NCBI RefSeq assembly: GCF_006345805.1
Contig: NC_042998.1
Coordinates: 93,806,001-93,870,000 of the forward strand
Direction of reading: 5' to 3'
Length of the DNA stretch: 64,000 bases
Source: Octopus sinensis
Taxonomy: Eukaryota
Part shown: piece by piece, positions 51,440 to 64,000 of the stretch
How positions within the stretch are numbered: position 1 is the stretch's first letter
How the letters are laid out: every line of letters starts with the position of its first letter
Translations under genes and position numbers: made by a program
The notes under the pieces: model-generated
Databases searched by the model: none
What the model was told of the DNA's origin: nothing
Seen by the model: the letters and a program-made list of their open reading frames with translations, nothing else

Positions 51440-51515
51440 ATGAAAAAAGACATTTGTCTCTTGTGCACGCTACTGTTATTCTTAGTCAAACGTGACAACT
51501 GCCAAGTCGCAAACG
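51440..51515 (+). CDS. SRCR-domain gene, first coding exon (signal peptide)
   Basis: Encodes MKKDICLLCTLLLFLVKRDNCQVAN. In-frame upstream stop at 51377, acceptor aatgcag ending 51357, and G|GTAAGG donor (phase 1) that fits the next exon. Confidence 0.75.
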
Positions 51516-51856
51516 GTAAGGAACAAATTTGTTTCTACATTGAAATAAAATAATCTCCCATCTTTAAAGTTTGATTGTAATTTTTAAAAAAAGGAAGACA
51601 AAAAGAAAAACTAATTCAATGTTATGAATAGATGATTCTTACTTATCTTGGTGAACTTATTTTTTATATACTGGGCTGTCTCCAACACTGTTCGGTGAGA
51701 ATGTACAGGTGAATGTACGGTGAGAATGGGGATACTCGATGAGTAGATCACAGTATTAAGGCGATGCCGTGACCTAATCAAAACCATATGTAGATAAGTG
51801 ACATATTCAAATGGAAAAATACCTGCCGCATTCCAAACTCTTAAGCTGGCAAGTAA

Positions 51857-52256
51857 TCTCTATATCTATAAACGGCAAAATGTCTGTGTATCTGTGTGTC
51901 CTTTATACAAATCCACAGTTTTTCACGTAAAAGGATCGCATTTTCTATGGGCTTTCAAAACTGTCTGAGGGCGGTCGTGAAGATCTTTTCATTTCCACAG
52001 TCACCCTAGAAAGCCATTAAAAAATCAATAAACCGATCCCTTATGCTCAAAAGTTATGGGCATATGGGCATTGCCGAAGTCCAATGAATATTAATTACTC
52101 TCGTAAAAAGCTCCAACTAGCTCATAAACAACATAACTGGCGCAGGCTCAAATGTGATAAGAAACTTAGCTTTTGATTTAGTGAGAAATTTTTACTGCAA
52201 CCCGGCAACGAACAAGCACTAGCACTAGACCCGGCAACGCCGGGTCATAGTGCTAG
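51857..52256 (+). mobile_element. Non-autonomous Helitron-like element in an SRCR gene intron
   Basis: A|TCTCTATATCTATAAAC 5' end; hairpin GACCCGGC-AAC-GCCGGGTC; CTAG|T end; partial duplicate of the terminus at about 52200-52228. Confidence 0.78.
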
Positions 52257-52734
52257 TATATATATATATGTGTGTGTGTGTGTGCGTGCGTAACCAAGTT
52301 TTATTTTGTCAATCTCCGATGAATGAAGGGTAAAGTTGACTTTGACCAGAATTGAGCATCCGACTGTGTTATGCTAAAACCAAACTGACATCTACTCTAA
52401 TTCTGATATATAATCTTTTTTTTTTAATAATGTAACTACATGTGCCATAGATACAAAGATACGCATTAGGTGAACAGAATATATGAGCAGATTTTGCTTT
52501 TTTTTAAATGCAAATCTATTTTCCATTACGCTTCAATGCTATTAAAGACAAGTATGGATAAGTCTCATTCTCACTCTTCCACAAATTTACAGCCCTGTAC
52601 CTTCGTGAAAGATCATTAAGAAAAACATGGTGCAACATTTACCTTCAATCTGAAAGGCTCTAGTTAGTATTAACATTGCTCTTTAATATCATGGTTCTCG
52701 TTCGAAATTATTTTACCTTTATCATTGTAGTATC

Positions 52735-52997
52735 GTGGAGGCGCGTGGCTTAGTGGTTAGGGTGTCAGCATCATGATCGTAAGATTGTGGTTTCGATTCC
52801 TGGACCGGGCGACGTGTTGTGTTCTTGAGCAAAACACTTCATTTCACGTTGCTCCAGTTCACTCAGCTGGCAAAAATGAGTAACGCTGCGATGGACTGGC
52901 GTCCCGTCCAGCTGGGGAACAGATGCGCCATAGAAACCGGAAAACTGGGCCCATGAGCCTGGCTAGGCTTTAATAGAGCGCATTTATATCATATTTT
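52735..52997 (+). mobile_element. SINE family C variant with 17-bp TSD
   Basis: tRNA-like head; direct repeat TTTATCATTGTAGTATC at 52718-52734 and 52998-53014. Confidence 0.85.
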
Positions 52998-54246
52998 TTT
53001 ATCATTGTAGTATCATACTTATAGGTAAAAGTGGCGGTGGTAGATTTAGTAGAGTACCAAAAAATACCCAGGAATTGTCTTTCATTTCTGAACTTCAATT
53101 CCATCCAAGTAACTTGGCATAAGCATTAATCACTTATTCATTTCATCTTACTCGACTAGACCCCATCCCAAAATGTTAAGTCGTTTGCCCATGTTGTAGG
53201 GAGAACGGAATGAAGGAAACGATAAGGCAATGGATTAAACACTTTGTAACGTGTGGCTACCTTCATTAAGGTCTGCCTTCGAAACCTGCTGATGCTGATA
53301 TTTGTGCTTCATTGTCTGAGTCAATTAAGTCGACTACATCTCGTTCAAAGATGTGTAGTCTTATGCTAGTGTTTGAAATCCTTACAATTATCATTAAAGA
53401 TAGTAGACATTGTTGAGACTACAGTGGATCTAACAAAAGTATTATATTTAGATATATCCTCTTCATTCTGAATTTAAACTCTTCCTTAGATATTTTATTT
53501 AGTTGATTCGGTTGGGAAACTAAGCATTTGAACTTCGTTATGTCATATTGTTGATATTACTACAATTGCTGCATCACGCATCCTCTCAGAAATTAACAAT
53601 GTTAACAATGTTAGGAAGCAATTAAATCTAATACTCTCCCTTTTAGCTATGTACACATTCATGCAACTACTTTTTCTTATAATAGTTAATTGGGTTATTA
53701 GTATGAAAGTTTCAAACTGGCATCACCATGAAATAAGACATTACGCCTCCCAACATATGATATAACGTATCATGCATATAGAGACATTTATTAGTCATAT
53801 TAAAACTTTGAGGGTTATAATCCATATTGTGAATACATTATCTATCACAAAGTAAATTTCGCGATTTCTAATCTCTTGAGGCTTTCAACAGTTCTATTAC
53901 ACGAGCTCTCTAATTAAATTCAAATCCTCCTTATAATCTGTAACATACAAAAGCGCTGTGAATAGACAACTACTCAACAAAGCGGTTTAGTGTTGTGGAA
54001 TAAAATGGATGATTATTTTTGTTAATGTTTGACAAAGAGCAACGTTTTCTATACGTTAAAGAACATACGCAAAATCTTAGATTTAATTCAGAAATCACGC
54101 TAAAGGTTAATGAAGCTATATGAGAGTCTAATGAGAATCATAATTGTGAGGATGTGCTTGCTATCCACAATCTACTACAATAATAAACTTATGCACATTG
54201 TTATAGCTATTGATTAATTCCAATCTTCACACATCTTTTACTACAG

Positions 54247-54391
54247 TCAAAATCGTTCCATTTGAGACAAATGGTTTAAACACCATCAAAGGCCGAGTGG
54301 AGATATTTCACAAATCTTCTTGGGGTTCAATATGCGACGACGGCTTTGACAACACAAATGCTTACGTTGTATGCAAATCACTCAACTATAA
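54247..54391 (+). CDS. SRCR domain 1, first half
   Basis: ctacag acceptor and AA|GTAAGT donor (phase 1/2). Encodes GRVEIFHKSSWGSICDDGFDNTNAYVVCKSLNY. Confidence 0.9.
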
Positions 54392-54794
54392 GTAAGTGCG
54401 ACGGTTTCATAAGAATTTTACTTTCTCTGACTTTCTCAAATGAATTTCCTTTCAGTAAAATTTCTGTTATTCCAGTAAAATATTAACAAAAAAAAAAGAA
54501 TTAAAAAACGCTTGATGCTACATTCAGACGATTTATTAAGTAAATAATAATGCCATACAGTATTTGTAGGTGTACACGCATATGTGTATGAGTTCATGCG
54601 CATGTATTTGTACCTAAGTATTATTTGTATGTATGTATGTATGTATGTATGTATGTATGTATGTATGTATGTAGTAATTAAGATTCAGTTGAATTAGGTA
54701 CCTAAATTGAAGCACCAAGTCAGTCCGGTGTTATCTGCACTCCTCGAAGTAAGGTGAATAAAATCAAAATAAGTAACAGGATTTCAAGTAGTAA

Positions 54795-54881
54795 CGCAGT
54801 ACGACCATTTCAAGTCGCTCCTTTTAATTGAACAATGCAATCATTACATCAATTTAAATACAGCGCTCTCTTCAGATGACG
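54795..54881 (-). ncRNA. Degenerate hammerhead-like motif with a long stem II
   Basis: Minus strand CGTCAT-CTGAAGA-GAGCGCT..AGCGACTT-GAAA-TGGTCG-TA/CTGCG. Confidence 0.35.
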
Positions 54882-55289
54882 AAATATGGAACTTCAACAG
54901 ACAAGATACATTAATATAATTTTTCTTAATTATTTTAAATATGTATGTATGCATGCATGCATGCATGTAGGTATCTGCGTGTGTGTATGTTCTACTAGTG
55001 CGTGCTTTTTGTATTCTTTGCCATTCAGAAAATAGATCAACTTTTTCTAACGCTTTAAAACTTTAAAACGCTTTCAGCGGCCAGATATCCTTGAAATTTT
55101 TTCTTGCACAAGATCTTACATCAAAAGAGTACAAAGGTCAAATCATTTTATATACACTATGCGTATTTAATATAGAATAAAAGAACACGCATGTAGACAG
55201 GAAGAATTTTTATTTTAGTTTTAAAGCAAGGTCCTCTTTTATATTTTTATTTCTAATTTCTTTGATCTGCAACTCAATAATAAATTCTC

Positions 55290-57850
55290 TCTGCAACAAA
55301 AATCAGTATACTAGCTAAAGGATTAAAATTTACCCCAACCCCACGATGATCTAACCACAATGAAATTAAAGACAATATTCCGAAATTCTGCGGAAAACTA
55401 CGACTCACAGAAGCACTAACTGACTATAACAACGAGGATGAATCACTGGTTAAAAACAGAAGTAATTATCTTCCACCTAAAGGTAGGAATAAAACACTAG
55501 ATGACTTTTGTGACCACATTCAAAATTTTCCAAATACTTTCCATAAGCGAAAGATTGATTTAAACCTCAACAAGCTAAAATGGAAAAATATAATTGAATT
55601 ACCAAATGACAAAGAACTGGCAACTAAATATGCAACAAAGGAAGTGCTGTAGTCCTGATTGACACAGAATATCACAAAAACCTAGTATTATCCATGCTAG
55701 AAAACGATACTTTCTACGAAAAAGTTGTAAACTATAAACAACAAAAAATAATGAAAAAGTTTGCATCCTTAATACTCTTATATGGAAAAGGCCCTACAGA
55801 AAAAGAAAATGATATCACGAACTTTAAATGTAAACCTAGTCATGTTTTGGCCTACCTAAAATACACAAGAGCAAGATAGTTAATGAAGCCTGCAAACGAT
55901 CACCAGGTAAATACATAAATATCTAAGCGCCAGAAGACTTAAAATTAAGACCCGTTATAGCAAGCCCAGCCTGTGAAACCCACCGCCAAAGCAATTTTCT
56001 AAACATCCTACTGAAACCTTTGCTGAAATACATCAAAAGTTTCATTAGAGCTTGAGCACCTAACAAAAATAACTAATGGTTTCCTTAGATGTTATTAATC
56101 TTTACACCAACATCCCACATGACTATGGAATAGAAGCAATAAAATTCTGGTTAGAAAAGTATCCCGAAGTACTTCTACAACGCATAAACCAGGTTTTTAT
56201 TATTGAAACTTTAAAATTTATACTTCAGAACAATTATTTCCTATTTGATGACACTTACTATCGTTAAAAATGCGAAATTTCGATGGAAACGAAAGCAGCC
56301 CCTGTTCTTGTGAACCTAATAATGGGATATTTTGAATTCACCATATATGAAGTATCACTGCAAAAGTATGGATATCCATTTCACTATTATATAAGAGAGA
56401 ACTGGAAAAGATACCTGGATGACTGCTTTATCATTTGGAAGGAGACCATAAACATTTGGAATTTTAAATCAATACTAAATAACGTAAACCCTAACATTCA
56501 ATTTACAATGGAATATAGTAAAAAAAACAGCTCCCTTTCTTGGATATTATGATAAAAAAAAGTCAACAACCAAATTATAACTGACGTTTATCATAAACCA
56601 ACGGACCCGAAACAATATCTCCTTTTTAGCTCATGCCACCCGAAACACATCAAAAGAAATATCCCCTTTAGTTTAGCAAAAAAGAATTGCACAATAATGT
56701 CTGATAGAAATACTCAGGACTTTCGTCTTCAAGACCTCAGAACAACACTAACTGAAAGACAATATCCACCTTCACTTATAAAAAGACGGAATTAAGTGTG
56801 CTAAGCAATTAGACATTAAAACACACAGGGCAACAAAAAGTAACACCACACCTCATCTCAAAACACTAGGGTATATGTCAACTCACAACCCTAGAGACAA
56901 TGAAGCATACAACACTATTGTACAAAATCTACCTATGCTCATTAGAGATTAAAAAATTAACAACATTCTGAAAACACATAAATTCATCAAATGTAGAAAG
57001 CAACACAAATCGATTAAAAGACTTCTAGCAAATGCAGAGCTTTACACAACAACCACGTTAACACAACAACGTTTACACAACAACGGTTAAAAAATGAGGA
57101 TGCCCAAACTGTGGAACATGTCCCAACCTACTGGAAGGTTCGGAATTCCTATTCAAACAAAGAAAGAGGTTCACAATTAAAACCAACTTCACTTGTGCTT
57201 CCGAGAATCTAATTTATATTATAACTTGCTCATGTTGTGGACATAACTATATCGGACAAGTAAGTATGACACTGAGACGGAGAACCACATTGCATAAGGA
57301 ACAGATCTGGTCCCCGCAATACAGATAGATTCCTTTGAGTGAACACATAGAGAGATGTGCAGGTAATATCCAAATAAACTTCACAGCTTTCCCCATCTAC
57401 CAGTTTAAAGAAACAATTTCTATACAAGAACGTTTAAATAAAGAAAATTTGTTCATCGAAAAATACAGAACACGTTTAAATTTGAATGCATAACCAGCTT
57501 TGATCTCAGTATATATTCTAATTCATGATCACATAGCCATCAGTGTACGTATTTCATCTCACTACTGTAGTTTTTGAGTTCTTGCGTATATTTAATTATC
57601 CCCTTCTCGAAAGATGAGCAATTGCTTCCCCTGTCCCCAATAATAACGATCATCAATTATCTCCCCTTAGAATTTTTTACTTGTTGAATCATTCAGTCAC
57701 ACACTTCTCTACACACAACATGGACTAAAATCTTCTTAAGAAAATTCGAAATTACAATAATTTCAATGTCATGATTAGCGAAAGCGAAACCGGTCGACAA
57801 ACACAATATAAAATATATTAAAACTATGCAAAGTGTGTGTATTTTCCTTC
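55290..57850 (+). mobile_element. Penelope-like element (RT + GIY-YIG), decayed, in an SRCR gene intron
   Basis: LAKGLKFTPTP, LPKIHK, LRPVI, SLDVINLYTNIP, RYLDD, KPT, HPKH..NIP, CPNCGTC linker, NLIYIITC..CGHNYIGQ; many stops and frameshifts; 3' end abuts (TA)/(TACA)n. Confidence 0.9.
57767..57799 (+). ncRNA. Minimal type I hammerhead ribozyme at the Penelope 3' end (A3-U8 variant)
   Basis: TGTC-ATGATTA-GC(GAAA)GC-GAAA-CCGG-TC/GACA: stem I TGTC:GACA, palindromic stem III, GUC triplet. Confidence 0.7.
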
Positions 57851-57947
57851 TTTTATATATATGTATACATACATACAAACATACATACATACATACACAC
57901 ACACACATACATACATACATACATACATACATACATACATACATACA

Positions 57948-57983
<36 letters not shown>

Positions 57984-58556
57984 TTGCATCTGAATTTGAA
58001 AAAACTCGTAATTGTTCTTAATAAATTTATCTACATACATATCCAACTCATTTCAACAATCACAAGCGAAACAGGAAAAAAATCACATGCAAGATAACAG
58101 AAACTGGAACAAACCCCATTTTCTTTACTCTCTTCTTTTCCTTTTTTTCTCTCTCTGTCTCTAATATGACTGAACTGTTGGTGATCCATAGTTTTTATAT
58201 TATTCGCCTATCATTTTTTATATCATTCAATTTTGTGAACATTTGATCATTTAACCATGTTGATCCACATTTATTAATAATTTTTTTGATAAGATTTTTC
58301 AAAAACTGAAGCATGTGAAACAAAAACATTTTTTAATGTATTTATATAAAGAAATTTAAATGTACCTAATTTTAAAAAAGTAACATTTTCGTTCTTCTTT
58401 TTCACATACATACATACATACATACATACATACATACATACATACATACATACATACATACATACATACATACATACGTTATATTGATATACGTATGTGA
58501 TGTACGTATATATGAATACACATGCGTAATTGGAATTTTTGTTTTTTTTTTGGAAG

Positions 58557-58750
58557 ATCTGGGAAAGTTCTTCCTGCTGAAAGTTACGAAGTCGGCAAAG
58601 GTAATATCTGGATGGATGATGTCCGATGTGTTGGGAACGAAAAGACTATTTTGGATTGTCAATACAGTCCCCTTGGTACCCACGATTGCACTCATAAACA
58701 AGATGTAATGATAAGCTGCACATCCGCAGTTGACAACCAAGTAACAGTTT
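58557..58750 (+). CDS. SRCR domain 1, second half
   Basis: T-tract..aag acceptor and T|GTAAGT donor (phase 2/1). Encodes GKGNIWMDDVRCVGNEKTILDC..GTHDCTHKQDVMISC; six Cys over two exons is the group A SRCR layout. Confidence 0.9.
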
Positions 58751-58908
58751 GTAAGTGCATTTATTGATACTATTTAACTTTTCTAAAGATTCTTTAAATT
58801 CTGTTATTGGCATTAGATAGCCAATTTAGTTTGAATCACCACTTCAGTATCAAACGTAAGATTCTAACTCTTCTTTAATACAGTCTATTTTCTTTCTTTC
58901 TCGTTTTT

Positions 58909-59307
58909 TCTTTTCACTTGTTTTAGTCATTGGAATGCGGCCATGCCGGGACCTTGAAATGTTCAGTCGAACAAATCATCTCCAGCACTATTTTTTATTT
59001 TTTTTAAATGTTGGTACTTATTCTCTCGGCTACTTTTGCCGAACTGCTAAGTTACCGGAACCTAAACAAATCAACACCGATTGTCAATTGGTGGAAGGAG
59101 AACAATCTCAAACACAAAGACACACACACTCACTCACACAAATATATATATATATATACTTACACACACACGACAACTTTCCATAGTTTCTCTCTACCAA
59201 ATTCATAGGTCATTGGTCGGTTCGGAACTACAGTAGAAGATACTTGCCCAATGTTTCACACATGGGACCGAACTTGAAACAAAGTGGCTGCAGCCATGTT
59301 TGCGCCT
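58909..59307 (-). mobile_element. SINE family A (diverged)
   Basis: Reverse-complement similarity across tail, body and head. Confidence 0.7.
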
Positions 59308-60548
59308 ATATTCAACCTTTTTGAAAAACAAATCACATGTAAAATAACTTGTTCTGCCAGATTATAAAAGCTAAAGATACGTTTAGTCAAATGACTATAA
59401 AATGAAATAAAAAAACGTTTTAAATGTAAATACATCTTACTATTGGTATTATGATTTCTTCTGTGAAATAAATGCTACTAATTCTATTATTCTATTATTC
59501 TAGACTGGTGTGGGTGACCAAATGAGTATGATTTTTGACTAGATGCAATACACATAGTAATGTACAGAGATCAATGTTTAATGCTAGTTGTGATACTTTT
59601 ATGTACTTAGTACAACATCGTGTGAGTGTGCGTGTGTGTTATATGTCAACAAATATTGGGAGGACTCTAATTAGATGAAGAGTGAAACGGGACCAAAAAG
59701 TGCTGTTTTTGTCTGCAAGAGAGCACAAATTCCAAAAGAAATCTCGTTGCTAACGTTAGCTTGAACTCTAAAAAATGAACTCTTCACATGGATATGTACA
59801 TACTAGCTGACTTGAAAACCCCAAAACACCGTTAAGTATGATCTTACATTGAAGCAGTATTCTCTCTTCTTATAACCCCTTTTTTCTTTTTCTTCTCTAA
59901 AAATATTCCCTCCTCCTCCCTCCACTTCCTCCTTCTTCCACTTCCTCTTTCTCTCAGTTCTTGTCTTACCTACAATTTTCTTTGTAAAATAGTTCAGTAA
60001 TAAATATAAGTGACTACATGTTTAAAATATAACAGAATTCAGCATAGATTATAAAAGATCTAAATTTACATCAATCAAAATAAACTTTCGTAAATGTATT
60101 TGTGAGAATATAGGTACATAATTGTGTTCTACAAATTTAATGAAAAGTATAGAAGTGATCATATTTTCTGGTTTGTAGCATCAAATGTAGGCAAGTAAAT
60201 AAATGGTCATTGGTAATGGTGTAAAATCAAATAATAAACATGTATTTAAACTGTAGGAATTTAGCAATTGGTAAATGATTCTTGTTCAGTTTAAGATGGC
60301 CTATTCTATCAAAATAAACAAATTGCTAGATAAAAGCTACCAAGAAAGAGTGAAATAATACAGCTCACCTGTAGTCACCGAAAACAGAAGAGGTGGAAAA
60401 GAGTTTTACTTTTGTATAAGTAAAGGTGACTTACAGGATGCTGTCTCTGATTGGCCAAAAACCTCATGTGACAAAATGGTGAAACTATATTCAACAATCA
60501 AATCAACTAATATGCATGTATAGATCACTACCATTAAAAAAAAACTAA

Positions 60549-60818
<270 letters not shown>

Positions 60819-60975
60819 TGAATTAATTAAACCCAGTACTTATTTTTTAAGTCTGGTATTTATTTTGTTGGTCTGTTTTGCCAGTCCCACAAGGTTATGG
60901 GCACATAAACAGACCAACACTAGATGTCAAGTAGTGGACAAGGAAAGACACACACACATATATATGTATATTTAA

Positions 60976-61006
<31 letters not shown>

Positions 61007-61013
61007 ATATTAT

Positions 61014-61346
61014 GACCCCCTTCGGTCATGAATGACCATGGGATTGCACCTAGAAAGTTACCCTCCTAGACACAAGTCCGGGCAAGGTTGTTTATGGAAG
61101 ACCAGCAGTTGCCCATGCATACCAGCCTCCCCTCTCCACGCCACCAGTGTTATCCAAGGGAAAGACAAGGGTCGATACAGCTTGGCACCTGTGACGTCGC
61201 AACTCATTTCTACAGCTGAGTGAACTGGAGCAACGTGAAATAAAGTGCCTTGCTCAAGAACACAACACGCAGCCCGGTCCGGGATTCGAGCTCACAACCT
61301 CACGATTGTAAGCTCGACGCTCTAACCACTGAGCCATGCGCCTTCA
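61014..61346 (-). mobile_element. SINE family C-type head with a different tail
   Basis: Reverse strand reads GCGCATGGCTCAGTGGTTAGAGCGTCG..GCTCGAATCCC..TCTTGAGCAAGGCAC. Confidence 0.8.
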
Positions 61347-61370
61347 TATATATATATATATATATATATA

Positions 61371-61576
61371 CTCTTTTACTTGTTTCAGTCATTTAACTGC
61401 AGCCATGCTGGAGCACCGCATTTAGTCGTGCAGATTGACCCCAGGACTTATTCTTCGTAAGCCTAGTACTTATTCTATTGCTCTCTTTTGTCGAACCACT
61501 AAGTTACAGGGATGTAAACACACCACCATCAGTTGTCAAGCGATGTTGGTGGGGGGGACAAACACAGACACACAAG

Positions 61577-61650
<74 letters not shown>

Positions 61651-61814
61651 CAACAAGCTTCTTTCAGTTTCTGCCTACCAAATCCACTCACAAGGCTTTG
61701 GTCAGCTTGAGGCTATAGTAGAAGACACTTGTCCAAGGTTCCATGCAGTGGGACTGAACCTGGAACCATGTAGTTCATAAGCAAGCTACTTACCACACAG
61801 CCACTCCTACGCCT
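61371..61814 (-). mobile_element. SINE family A
   Basis: Full-length reverse-complement copy. Confidence 0.85.
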
Positions 61815-62543
61815 AAATGATAGTTTTTCAATAATTTAAGTCTCATTACTACTGAGATCAAGTTAAAATTACATACATTCTTTTAATTAGTAAAATAAAT
61901 ATAAACAGTATACTAGTATAACTGGTCAAATTAAAAAAACAACACCTGGCTCAATATTAATCATTATCAAGCATTTAAGCTGTCACACCTACAAAGCAAT
62001 TGCAAATGATCTGCACAATGACAGATTAAAGGCTATCATAGATAGCTATAATCAATAGATATGACATGACATTTCTTGCAGCAAACATCATTATAAATGT
62101 GTGCATAAATATGTGTGTGTGTGTGTGTGTAAACATATATCATTGTCATCATCATTTAATGTCCGTGTTCCATGCTAGCATGGGTGGGACGGTACCACAC
62201 GAGCCGACCAAGTTGAAGCCTGCATCAGAATTCTGTGACTGTTATGGTTGGATTTTTAGAGCTGGATGCTTTTCCTAACTCCAACCACTCAGCGGAGTGG
62301 ACTTAGTGCTTTTTATGTGGCACAAGAACAGGCGATGTGAGTGAGTGGTGCTTTTTATGTGGCACATAACACATACATACATATACACAAACATATATAT
62401 GTGTACACACATATATACATATACATATGTATGTGTACATATTTATATATTTATATTTATATTTATATTTATATATGTATGTGTACATATTTATGTATGT
62501 ATGTATGAGTACATATTCATATATGTATGTATGTGTACATATT

Positions 62544-62577
<34 letters not shown>

Positions 62578-62744
62578 TACAAATGAGTGGGCAAATGAAA
62601 GAAAAGAAGCACTCAACACATTTAGGAGAATTTGTATGTATTATTTAAAACAGTTTGATTCAGTTCCCATAAAGGCCCTCCATAACTTGAAGTAAGTAGC
62701 ATGAAACCGAATCAAGCCATTTTAAATAATATATAAATATATAC

Positions 62745-63159
62745 AGGTGCAGGAGTGACTGTGTGGTAAGTAGCTTGCTAACCAACCACATGGTTCCGGG
62801 TTCAGTCCCCCTGTGTGGCATCTTGAGCAAGTGTCCTCTGCTATAGCCCCGGGCCGACCAATTCCTTGAGGGTGGATTTGGTAGACGGAAACTGAAAGAA
62901 GCCTGTCGTATATATGTATATATATATATATATGTATGTGTGTTTGTTTGTGTGTCTGTGTTTGTCCCCCCAACATCGCTTGACAACCGATGCTGGTGTG
63001 TTTATGTCCCCGTTACTTAGCGGTTCAGCAAAAGAGACCGATAGAATAAGTACTAGGCTTACAAAAAGAATAAGTCCCGGGGTCGAGTTGCTCGATTAAA
63101 GGCGGTGCTCCAGCATGGCCGCAGTCAAATGACTGAAACAAGTAAAAGAGTAAAGAGAG
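62745..63159 (+). mobile_element. SINE family A (first copy of the 822-bp duplication)
   Basis: Full-length; identical by eye to 63567-63981. Confidence 0.87.
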
Positions 63160-63281
63160 TTGATGATAGTGATGATGATGATATATATACTGTTGTGTTT
63201 GGGGAAAGTCATTTTCTTTTTGTGCCTTATAATGTAAAACACTCACCGGTAAAATTTCCACTTATTTCTTATTTCTATTTT

Positions 63282-63319
63282 CCTGAAATTTTCGTTGCGT
63301 CTTGCAACCTTTTCAAAGG
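63282..63319 (-). ncRNA. Minimal hammerhead-like motif (U3-A8 variant)
   Basis: Minus strand CCT-TTGAAAA-G-GTTGC(AAGAC)GCAAC-GAAA-ATT-TC/AGG. Confidence 0.5.
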
Positions 63320-63507
63320 TCTTGACAGGTGCCAGTACAGCGATGCTGGTAACATTCACGCTATGATGGTGCCTTTTACGTGCCACCGGCATGGAAGTCA
63401 GTTAGCCGCTCTGTCAATGATCACACTTGTATGGCACTCTTTGCACCCCGCTAGAATGGATGCCAGTCATCGAATTTATATATACATATACAGGATGTAT
63501 GTGTGTG

Positions 63508-63561
<54 letters not shown>

Positions 63562-63566
63562 TATAC

Positions 63567-63981
63567 AGGTGCAGGAGTGACTGTGTGGTAAGTAGCTTGC
63601 TAACCAACCACATGGTTCCGGGTTCAGTCCCCCTGTGTGGCATCTTGAGCAAGTGTCCTCTGCTATAGCCCCGGGCCGACCAATTCCTTGAGGGTGGATT
63701 TGGTAGACGGAAACTGAAAGAAGCCTGTCGTATATATGTATATATATATATATATGTATGTGTGTTTGTTTGTGTGTCTGTGTTTGTCCCCCCAACATCG
63801 CTTGACAACCGATGCTGGTGTGTTTATGTCCCCGTTACTTAGCGGTTCAGCAAAAGAGACCGATAGAATAAGTACTAGGCTTACAAAAAGAATAAGTCCC
63901 GGGGTCGAGTTGCTCGATTAAAGGCGGTGCTCCAGCATGGCCGCAGTCAAATGACTGAAACAAGTAAAAGAGTAAAGAGAG
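63567..63981 (+). mobile_element. SINE family A (second copy of the 822-bp duplication)
   Basis: Identical by eye to 62745-63159, including flanks. Confidence 0.87.
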
Positions 63982-64000
63982 TTGATGATAGTGATGATGA

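Noticed and set aside
51310-51495. 61-aa ORF overlapping the SRCR start exon
   Set aside because: It starts upstream of the splice acceptor and stops before the donor; the signal-peptide frame from 51440 fits the downstream phase.
52737-52812. tRNA-like A/B-box heads (also at 27795, 41321, 61270-61346 and in family A copies)
   Set aside because: They run directly into SINE bodies, one with a TSD, and no intact cloverleaf was seen.
58741-58746. Alternative donor CAA|GTAACA at 58740/58741
   Set aside because: Phase 0 would not match the phase 1 acceptor at 60571; GTAAGT at 58751 does.

Overview
AT-rich, microsatellite-dense animal genomic DNA, probably octopus or another cephalopod. That assignment is inferred from the abundant tRNA-derived SINE families, long (TA)n/(TACA)n tracts and TTAGGG repeats. 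Two spliced host genes lie on the + strand. The first is the 3' part of a receptor-type protein tyrosine phosphatase (FN3 repeats-TM-D1-D2; five in-frame exons, 1334-16250); it is unusually intron-poor and has degenerate catalytic motifs in both domains. The second is the 5' part of a signal-peptide + SRCR-domain gene (CDS starts at 51440 and runs off the window), with a candidate RFX X-box promoter and non-coding first exon near 29.2-29.4 kb. The rest is mostly transposable elements: a young CsRn1-like Gypsy element nested in the LTR of a non-autonomous LTR element that shares its PBS and PPT; Tc1, Tx1/L1, R4/Dong, CRE, CR1-type and Penelope remnants; three Helitron-like elements; several MITEs; and three SINE families. 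The most unusual signal is a set of five hammerhead-ribozyme-like motifs in Penelope-type cassettes at or near microsatellites, which use three different Watson-Crick pairs (C-G, U-A, A-U) at core positions 3-8. All calls were made by eye, with no database searches or folding programs.
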